A stretch of DNA of 46,790 nucleotides, from positions 1 through 46,790 of the forward strand of contig CABWKN010000035.1 of the NCBI GenBank assembly GCA_902505605.1. The letters run 5' to 3'. Position 1 is the stretch's first letter; the number at the start of each line of letters is the position of its first letter. Under the pieces are notes generated by a model. The model was not told where the DNA came from. It saw only the letters and a program-made list of their open reading frames with translations, and ran no database searches. Shown here one piece after another: positions 39,820 to 46,790 of the stretch. The translations under genes and the position numbers were made by a program. The stretch is from Candidatus Guanabacterium sedimentis. Its GTDB lineage: Bacteria; Acidobacteriota; B3-B38; Guanabaribacteriales; B3-B38.

Positions 39820-40230
39820 TCAGTTATTTTGAGCATTCTTCTCTTGACCAGCGGTCTTCTTTCGGAAGTCTTCGATGGCTGCCCTCAAGGCATCCTCTGC
39901 GAGAACAGAGCAGTGCATCTTTATCTTGGGGAGACCATCGAGAGCTTCGGCAACTGTTTTGTTGGTAATCTTCAATGCCTCTTCTATGGTTTTTCCTTTC
40001 ACCATCTCGGTGACCATAGAGCTGGTAGCAATAGCAGCGCCACAGCCGAAGGTCTTGAATTTTGCATCCACAATACGACCGTTATCCACCTTTATGGTGA
40101 GTTTCATCACATCACCACAGGCGGGGTTCCCCACGGTGCCCTCACCACTGGGGTCCACAATCTCTCCCACATTGCGTGGGTTTTGGTAATGCTCCATCAC
40201 TTTGGCGCTGTACTCTTCCAGATTATACAT
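39820..40230 (-). CDS. iscU: Fe-S cluster scaffold IscU/NifU-N
   Basis: YSAKVMEHYQNPRNVG, ACGDVM, FGCGAAIA, KMHCSVLAE; start moved to ATG 40230. Confidence 0.95.
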   Translation of the reverse strand: MYNLEEYSAKVMEHYQNPRNVGEIVDPSGEGTVGNPACGDVMKLTIKVDNGRIVDAKFKTFGCGAAIATSSMVTEMVKGKTIEEALKITNKTVAEALDGLPKIKMHCSVLAEDALRAAIEDFRKKTAGQEKNAQNN

Positions 40231-40231
40231 A

Positions 40232-41392
40232 CTACACCTCTTTATACAGGGGGGACATCTCCCGAAGTCGAGCCACATTTTTGCTCAGCTCTTCTATCAA
40301 ATAATCAACCTCCTCTTCAGTATTGGACCTGCCCAAACAGATTCTGAGCGAACAGTGGCTTAGTGCCTCGGGAACCTGCATAGCCAGCAGAACATAAGAA
40401 GACTCCAATGAGCTGGAAGTGCAGGCAGAGCCAGAGGAGATGGCAAAATTCTTCACGGATAGAATTAACGATTCCCCCTCAACAAACTCAAAGCTCAGAT
40501 TCAAATTGCCCGGCAGCCTCTTCTCCGGGTGCCCGTTAAGGTAGACACGCTTTATTCGGTTCATAATCCCTTGGTAGAGACGGTTTCTCAGCTTGGTGAG
40601 CCTTTCGGCTTCCTCATCCATCACTCTGCCGGCTTTCTGGCAGGCTTTACCCAAACCTACTATGCCGGGGACATTCTCAGTGCCCGCCCTTAGGCCTCTC
40701 TCATGTCCGCCGCCATGCAGAAGAGGCTCTATCTTAACTCCCTTTTTCAGATAAAGCGCACCTATTCCCTTGGGACCGTACATCTTATGACCCGAGATGG
40801 CGAGGAGGTCGGTTTTCAACTTATCTACCTTTGTCTCTATTTTACCTGCTCCTTGAACGGCATCCGAATGGAACAACACCCCTTTCTCTCTGGCTATCTC
40901 CCCTATTTTCTCCACTGGCTCGATGGTGCCTACCTCGCTGTTCACGAACATGATAGAGATTAGTATGGTCCTGTCAGTAATAGTTCCCCTTACTTTTTCC
41001 GGGTCAACCATGCCATAGCGGTCCACGGGGAGGTAGGTTACCTTGAAGCCCTCTTTCTCTAAAAATTTGCAGGTTTCCAGCACCGCTTTATGCTCAATCT
41101 GGCTGGTGATGATATGGTTCCCTCGGTCTCGGTAAGCGTGAGCAACTCCTTTAATAGCAAGATTATCCGCTTCTGTAGCTCCACTGGTAAATACAATCTC
41201 TTCAGGATGAGCTCCGATGAGCTCTGCTACCTGACTCCGTGCCTCATCTACTGCTCGACGCGCTTCCCATCCATAGGCATGGGTGGAGCTGGAAGGGTTG
41301 CCAAACTTATTAGTCAGATAAGGCATCATAGCCTCCAGTATCTCAGCGTCCAGGGGTGTGGTTGCGTTGTGGTCCATATAAATAATCTTCAT
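40232..41392 (-). CDS. iscS: Cysteine desulfurase IscS/NifS
   Basis: YMDHNATTP, FTSGATEADN, SGHKMYGPKG, SSGSACTS. Confidence 0.95.
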   Translation of the reverse strand: MKIIYMDHNATTPLDAEILEAMMPYLTNKFGNPSSSTHAYGWEARRAVDEARSQVAELIGAHPEEIVFTSGATEADNLAIKGVAHAYRDRGNHIITSQIEHKAVLETCKFLEKEGFKVTYLPVDRYGMVDPEKVRGTITDRTILISIMFVNSEVGTIEPVEKIGEIAREKGVLFHSDAVQGAGKIETKVDKLKTDLLAISGHKMYGPKGIGALYLKKGVKIEPLLHGGGHERGLRAGTENVPGIVGLGKACQKAGRVMDEEAERLTKLRNRLYQGIMNRIKRVYLNGHPEKRLPGNLNLSFEFVEGESLILSVKNFAISSGSACTSSSLESSYVLLAMQVPEALSHCSLRICLGRSNTEEEVDYLIEELSKNVARLREMSPLYKEV

Positions 41393-41414
41393 TCTCCTCG
41401 TTCCTCCTAATTAT

Positions 41415-41427
41415 GACCAAAATAGTC
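41415..41427. promoter_or_regulatory. IscR type-1-like operator upstream of iscS
   Basis: GACCA-AAA-TAGTC near-palindrome 23-35 bp upstream of the iscS ATG. Confidence 0.5.
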
Positions 41428-41487
41428 TTCTTTTAAATATATTTCCTTCTCTGCATTTTGTCAATGAAAAAAATAAGGGGGGTTATT

Positions 41488-42381
41488 TCAATTTTTCTCA
41501 AAGGGTGCCCATACTACAAGGCTTTTAGGCAGTATAGAGACCTTCAGTTGGGGGGGCTCAATGAGGGGGTCGCCATCCATGTGAATGGGACCGGGCTTTT
41601 CTCTGAGAATCTCGGTTTGAGTTATCTGATGATAGTCCATCTGAGGTATAGAGTCTATCTTACCGGTGAACAGCTTGGGAAGATGGAGCAGTGCCTGGAA
41701 TAGGCTTAAATTGCTCAGTATACATAGGTCAAGTAAACCATCGTCGATCTTTGCCCTGGGGGCTATTTGAGCTCCACTACCATATTGTTTGCAGTTGGCT
41801 ATGGTTATCAACAAAGGGGAAATCTTGATATCATCTCTATCAATTCGCACCTGAATTGGCTCTGGCTGATAAAGAAAGAACTCTCTCATCCCGATGTAGA
41901 AATAGGGAAAGGCCCCTCGACGACGCCTCTTACCTCGCTGGTTGTATAGCAGGCCAACGCGGGCGTCGAATCCGAGACCGGCGGTGCTGAAAAAATACTT
42001 ACCATTTATAACTCCGGTATCCACTTCCCTCCTGTTTCCTTCAAGGAGAGCTCGACACGCACCTTTGAGGTTCAGGGGAATGCGCAGGTCCCTTGCCAGA
42101 CCGTTGCCGGAGCCGGATGGGATAATGCCCAGGGCTGCTCCGGTGTGGACCAATCCGCTGGCCACCTCTTTTACCGTACCATCTCCCCCTATGGCCACCA
42201 CGAGCTCATAGCCCTGCTTAACCGCTTCTTGAGCTATATAGTAGCCGTGCCCACTCTGCTCGGTGAGGGCAATATCAAAATCCCATAAAGAACCACGAAG
42301 CTCTCGCCGCAATAGGTTAACAACCTTTCCGGGAGACCTCCTCATTCCGGCAACCGGATTTAGAACAAACTTAATCCTCAT
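41488..42381 (-). CDS. Diacylglycerol-kinase-family (YegS/DagK) lipid kinase
   Basis: LNPVAG, GGDGT, IPSGSGNGLA, GLGFDA, DDGLLD, HMDGD. Confidence 0.93.
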   Translation of the reverse strand: MRIKFVLNPVAGMRRSPGKVVNLLRRELRGSLWDFDIALTEQSGHGYYIAQEAVKQGYELVVAIGGDGTVKEVASGLVHTGAALGIIPSGSGNGLARDLRIPLNLKGACRALLEGNRREVDTGVINGKYFFSTAGLGFDARVGLLYNQRGKRRRRGAFPYFYIGMREFFLYQPEPIQVRIDRDDIKISPLLITIANCKQYGSGAQIAPRAKIDDGLLDLCILSNLSLFQALLHLPKLFTGKIDSIPQMDYHQITQTEILREKPGPIHMDGDPLIEPPQLKVSILPKSLVVWAPFEKN

Positions 42382-42600
42382 AACCTTCTTCCAAAGCGAT
42401 CTAACAAACTTCCTAAATAAGTTATCACAAAACCCCTCATTTTTACAACCCTTTAAGGTATTAAGATATTTTATCTATTATAGGGTTTGGTGCGACTCTC
42501 GATGGTACAATAAGTTTATATTTAGCAATAGAATATAGTTGTAATATATATTCTTTTTTGGGAAGAATCAGGATAAGATAAAGAGGAAAGCGTTTAATTA

Positions 42601-43938
42601 TTACCTGAAAACATACTCTAACAACCAGTTGATCCCTATAAACAGAATGGCGAGCGGGATAACAAGCCTCATCCACCAATAGAGAAAGAGCGGGAAGGGT
42701 CTTCCTGTCCCTTTTGATAGTTCTTTCAAAGCCTCTGATCTCTTGATACACCAGACTGTGGTGATTACAGCCAAAAGTGCCCCCAGGGTTTGCATACCTG
42801 AACCGAAGGTTAAATCCCAGGGAAAAAAGATTTTAAAATTGATTAAAGGAGGAATAGCTAACAAAAATACAATAGTGCAGATAAGCAATACCGCTCTTTT
42901 TCTATCCAGTTTGGTGTTATCCACTATCCCTCCGACCAGCACCTCGAAGGCTGCCACATCAGAAAGATAAGCGGCACCGAAGAGTCCGAGGAAAAAGATG
43001 AGACCAAACAACCAACCTGCTGGCATCATGGCGAAGGTTTTGGGTAAAGTGGAGAAGATCAGGCTGGGACCGGAGGCAGGCTCCAAACCTAAGGCAAACA
43101 CCGCCGGGAAAATGGCGAATCCAGCAAGAAGCCCAGCCACAGTATCACCGATTCCAGTATATACAGCGTTTTTAGGGATATTATTTCCTTTATCAAGATA
43201 AGAGCCATAAATTACCATAAAAGTACCCCCAAGGGACATAGAGAATACTGCCTGTCCCAGGGCTGCTGCCATTACAGAACCTGTCAATTCCGTGAACCGG
43301 AAGCCGCTTATATACCACTTTATTCCCTCGCTGGCTCCCTCTAAAGTTATTGCCCGTATAATAAGGATAATCAAAATGACCAATAGTGTGGGCATAATAA
43401 ATTTGCTGACCTTTTCTATTCCTTTTCGCAAGCCCTTCACGAGGATAATCCCGCAAGTAAAAATGACTATTGATGTCATCAGCAGCTGCAAGAAAAATGA
43501 GTGAAGATTGAAACCTGCATCGGGTGGAAGGATAGCCGCGGTGTTCAACTGTCTGCCAAAGGCTTTTATTATCTCACCCAGAGCATAATATGCCACCCAT
43601 CCGAGGGTAACAGAGTAATATCCCGTAGCACAGATAACAATGAAGAAGAAAAATGCTCCCACATACTTCCCTCCGGGAAATCCGCCTTTCTGGAAGGCGC
43701 CCAGTGTGCCTCTCCGAGTGTAACGCCCCAGGGTCCACTCAGCCATAATCGCTGGAATACCGACAACAAAAACCGCCAACAAATAGAAGAAAACAAATGC
43801 CGCGCCTCCGAACTTCCCCACCATATAGGGAAACCGCCAGACATTGCCTAAGCCAACAGCCACTCCGATCATAGTCATTAAAAGACCGAAATTCGAGGCA
43901 AATGTCTCTCGCTTTGGACCTGAATCTGAAGCTTTCAT
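42601..43938 (-). CDS. Sodium-dependent amino-acid transporter, NSS/SNF family
   Basis: AVGLGNVWRFPY, GIEK, ALGQAVFSMSLG, YGSY, GPSLIF. Confidence 0.93.
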   Translation of the reverse strand: MKASDSGPKRETFASNFGLLMTMIGVAVGLGNVWRFPYMVGKFGGAAFVFFYLLAVFVVGIPAIMAEWTLGRYTRRGTLGAFQKGGFPGGKYVGAFFFFIVICATGYYSVTLGWVAYYALGEIIKAFGRQLNTAAILPPDAGFNLHSFFLQLLMTSIVIFTCGIILVKGLRKGIEKVSKFIMPTLLVILIILIIRAITLEGASEGIKWYISGFRFTELTGSVMAAALGQAVFSMSLGGTFMVIYGSYLDKGNNIPKNAVYTGIGDTVAGLLAGFAIFPAVFALGLEPASGPSLIFSTLPKTFAMMPAGWLFGLIFFLGLFGAAYLSDVAAFEVLVGGIVDNTKLDRKRAVLLICTIVFLLAIPPLINFKIFFPWDLTFGSGMQTLGALLAVITTVWCIKRSEALKELSKGTGRPFPLFLYWWMRLVIPLAILFIGINWLLEYVFR

Positions 43939-43999
43939 ATGAAGTGACCTAAAATTTCTCGCTCATACAGTTTTTTGTTAAACAGTATTCAGGGAAAAG

Positions 44000-45796
44000 C
44001 TACCATTGCCATTTGTGGATTTTGTAATACTCGTCCACCATTCTTTTAATATCTACTGTAGATCCTTTCGTTGGACCTTCATTTAATGGTTCTTTCAGGA
44101 ACCTTTCCGGCAAAGTGTCGTCTTCTCGCCTTACGCCAAAGCTTCTATTTAGCTTAAATTCAATATCAAAAAAATCTCCCATTATTTTTTCCACATATTC
44201 AGGAGAATATTCTATCCCGGTAGCAGATTTTAAGAGGTCGGAAGCTCTTTCAAAATTTAAGATATCCATACAGAGACCGATATTCTTGCACATAGTCATG
44301 GAATCAGTAAGAAGAGCGATTTTTTCAGAATAGCTTACCAGGGCAGCTTTCCCCTCCTCTGCCAGCCGGTCTGCAGCTTTTTCTGTGCCGAAACGCTTTT
44401 TGGCTTCCTTTTTTCTGTTTGTTAATTCGAAGTACGGCTCGGCACGAAGATGGTCAGCACCCCTGGAGGCAATAGCATAAGTAAGACCATATCCTTTTAT
44501 TCCTCTGGGGTCACCACAAATCATGTCCAATCCTTTTACTTGCATCACTAACTTTCTTGACTCTTCGCTAAAACTTTCTGCTAACTTTTTCGCTCCATTT
44601 GCCAGCTTATCTCCAATCCCACGCCGAAAAGCGATCATATTCACAATATCCCGTATCTTATCTACCTCACCCCAGGTGATACTGAGACCATCCAAATCAT
44701 CTGGATGGATCAGCCCCTTCTCCTGGCATTCCATTATCCATCCAATCACCTCAGAGGTTGATATAGAATCCAGCCCCATCTGATTCAGGTACTCAGTCAT
44801 TTCAAGGGCAAAGGGGAGACGAGAGTTTCCTATCCGTGAAGTGAAACTACAGAGAGTTTCAAATTCGGGTCCCTCGCATTCGAAATCTCCGACCACATAA
44901 TAACGAGAACAATGGAGATTGCAGTTAAAGCATGCTTTATTTTTGACCTTATACCTGCTTTCCAGGCTTTGGCCGGAGATTTCATCAACATATGTACAAA
45001 CCCCTTGCTGAAAATGTTTGGTAGGGAGAATGCCAATGCTGTTTAAATCTTTCATCAACATGGTAGTGCCCATCTGGTAGCGCTTCTTGTATTCTTTGTG
45101 ACTTAAAATATCCTTCTCGATTTTCTCTACTTCCGATAAAAAAGCCAGAGGGTCTGCCACCTCCAGAGAATGTGAACCCCTCACCGCCAGGGCTTTTAAA
45201 TTCTTCGACCCCATGACTGCTCCCATCCCGGTGCGTCCGTTTACCCTATTCCCACTAGAAACTATAGCTGAAAAGAGCACATGGTTCTCTCCTGCCGGTC
45301 CAATAGCAGCTACTTGGATTGAATAATCTTTTCTCTCACTTCTGATGTATTCTGTTACCTCTGTAATAGTTTTTCCTGCGTACTCTGGACAGTTCACAAG
45401 TTCTGCACCTGATTCCGTTACCATCAGATAGACCAGGCTATCAGCCCTACCCGCGATAATGATCTGATCGAATCCTGTGAGCTTCATCTCTGCGGCAAAT
45501 TGCCCACCCGCCGCAGAGTCTCCTAAAATACCTGTGAGGGGTGATTTGGCGCTCACAGTATAATAAGCAGATGCGGGGAGGAGTGAACCTGTAAGAGGGC
45601 CGATGCCGAATATAAGGATATTATCAGGTCCCAGGGGGTCGCAGTCGGGGTTTAATTCTTCAAAAAGCCTCTTGGTATTGGCAGCTCGCCCGCCAATAAC
45701 ATCTCTGACCCAGAGAGGGTCTAACATCTCTATTTGAGATTTCCGCTCTGCAAGATTTATTCTCAGCACTCTTCCTCCGTAGCCAAATTTAAGCAT
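44000..45796 (-). CDS. aor: Aldehyde:ferredoxin oxidoreductase family protein (W/Mo-pterin)
   Basis: KSPLTG, GPAGEN, GRTGMGAVMGSKNLKA, CFNCNLHC, GPEFET, RGADH, DDTLPERF. Confidence 0.92.
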   Translation of the reverse strand: MLKFGYGGRVLRINLAERKSQIEMLDPLWVRDVIGGRAANTKRLFEELNPDCDPLGPDNILIFGIGPLTGSLLPASAYYTVSAKSPLTGILGDSAAGGQFAAEMKLTGFDQIIIAGRADSLVYLMVTESGAELVNCPEYAGKTITEVTEYIRSERKDYSIQVAAIGPAGENHVLFSAIVSSGNRVNGRTGMGAVMGSKNLKALAVRGSHSLEVADPLAFLSEVEKIEKDILSHKEYKKRYQMGTTMLMKDLNSIGILPTKHFQQGVCTYVDEISGQSLESRYKVKNKACFNCNLHCSRYYVVGDFECEGPEFETLCSFTSRIGNSRLPFALEMTEYLNQMGLDSISTSEVIGWIMECQEKGLIHPDDLDGLSITWGEVDKIRDIVNMIAFRRGIGDKLANGAKKLAESFSEESRKLVMQVKGLDMICGDPRGIKGYGLTYAIASRGADHLRAEPYFELTNRKKEAKKRFGTEKAADRLAEEGKAALVSYSEKIALLTDSMTMCKNIGLCMDILNFERASDLLKSATGIEYSPEYVEKIMGDFFDIEFKLNRSFGVRREDDTLPERFLKEPLNEGPTKGSTVDIKRMVDEYYKIHKWQW

Positions 45797-46316
45797 ATCC
45801 TTTCCTCCACTTCTTTCTTACCTCAGAGCCCTGCCTTTTGATATAAAAATGACGCTTCTGGCTGGGATTCATCTTGTCTGTTTGCTGCTTAAAAAATGCC
45901 AAAGATGGATAATCCTCTGCTTCAGTCTCATAGGTAATGGCTCCTTCTGTGCAAGCCTCAACGCACTTAGGTCTTCCCCCACAAAGATCACAAACATAGA
46001 CTAAATCATCGAATATTTCTATAGCCCCAATAGGACAAGCCTCCTCACAGGCAGCACAGAGTGTGCACAAAGTGGGGGAAATGATTACTTGGCTGAGGGA
46101 ACCTATGATTAGCGCATCATCTGGGCAGCACATACAATAGCGCTCATTGCATTGATTGCATACCACAGGACCATCAATACCAATTTCGTATAAGTTCATA
46201 ACTTTTATCCTGGCTAAGCGATTGTTGATTTTTCCCGTCCGAAAGAAAGCGCAAACAGCCTCACATCTTTTGCATCCGGTACATTTGCTTATATCAACTC
46301 GGATCACCTTCACCAC
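45789..46316 (-). CDS. Multi-[4Fe-4S] electron-transfer subunit of the AOR module
   Basis: CTGCKRCEAVC, CNQC...CMCCP, CTLCAACEEACP, CDLCGGRPKCVEAC; overlaps the aor start. Confidence 0.92.
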   Translation of the reverse strand: MVKVIRVDISKCTGCKRCEAVCAFFRTGKINNRLARIKVMNLYEIGIDGPVVCNQCNERYCMCCPDDALIIGSLSQVIISPTLCTLCAACEEACPIGAIEIFDDLVYVCDLCGGRPKCVEACTEGAITYETEAEDYPSLAFFKQQTDKMNPSQKRHFYIKRQGSEVRKKWRKGYA

Positions 46317-46355
46317 CTCCTGCTTGTCAAAAGTTAAGAACCAACTATATAATCT

Positions 46356-46628
46356 CTATTCTATAACCTCAAGGCGATATTGTACCAGTCCTTTTGGATC
46401 GGGGCAGGAAAAGGTTTTAACTTTTTTTACCCAATGATTATCTTCCAACCTGCTTCTCACAGTTAGAATGGGAAAGATAGGCATCATACTTTGTAAAGCC
46501 CATATACAAATATGTTTCCCTTCAGGAATATAAAGCTTGGAATCCTCAATATAGAAATAATCACCCACTTGCATAGGAAGGTTGCAGTAGCCATTAATCC
46601 TTTCTACGCTAACCCTTATTTTTGCCAC
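46356..46628 (-). CDS. TIGR04076-family small protein
   Basis: GYC...VGDYF, ICIWAL, CPDP; GGAGG SD before GTG. Confidence 0.8.
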   Translation of the reverse strand: MAKIRVSVERINGYCNLPMQVGDYFYIEDSKLYIPEGKHICIWALQSMMPIFPILTVRSRLEDNHWVKKVKTFSCPDPKGLVQYRLEVIE

Positions 46629-46790
46629 TTTTATGCCTCCATTTATTGCTTTTTATATCACTAGTCTGTTCTTCAAATCCTAAAATATCCAAATGAATAA
46701 GATACTTTTTTCACTCATTTTACTTCCTATTTATTTTCGCGAAAGGCAGGCTCTGACATTTCAGCCACGGAAATCGTCAAGGCTGGGAGA

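Noticed and set aside
1-46790. Numerous 60-180 aa antisense or alternate-frame ORFs (e.g. 1964-2488, 3130-3681, 31498-32034, 38349-38924, 39829-40347)
   Set aside because: They are shadows of well-supported genes and have no motifs or ribosome-binding sites

Overview
A gene-dense bacterial chromosomal window of about 45 CDS. The gene content suggests an anaerobic peptide/amino-acid fermenter; taxonomy cannot be fixed from the sequence. Left arm (0.1-13 kb): five exported or membrane-anchored hydrolases (alpha/beta-hydrolase, M20, S9, beta-lactamase-like, M28), two membrane proteins and a kynureninase-like enzyme. Middle (13.5-29 kb): NPP-type phosphodiesterase, a DUF362 remnant, GyrI-like and small Cys-rich proteins, DUF488 beside a Cas4/AddB-like nuclease, an NhaC-family transporter, a promoter-proximal 95-aa twin-arginine peptide gene in front of tldD-tldE, and a larE - MinD/FlhG ATPase - HPD-less J-domain/HTH - DUF2851 operon. 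Right arm (29-47 kb, minus strand): trxB, dcd, lon, hsp20, rrf2, thiC-like, porCDAB, iscU/iscS, a lipid kinase, an NSS transporter and an aldehyde:ferredoxin oxidoreductase module. I saw no rRNA, tRNA, CRISPR array, transposase or integrase. The best candidates for undescribed systems are the Tat-peptide/TldDE operon and the ATPase/pseudo-J/DUF2851 module. Family calls come from motif recognition only; no searches were run.
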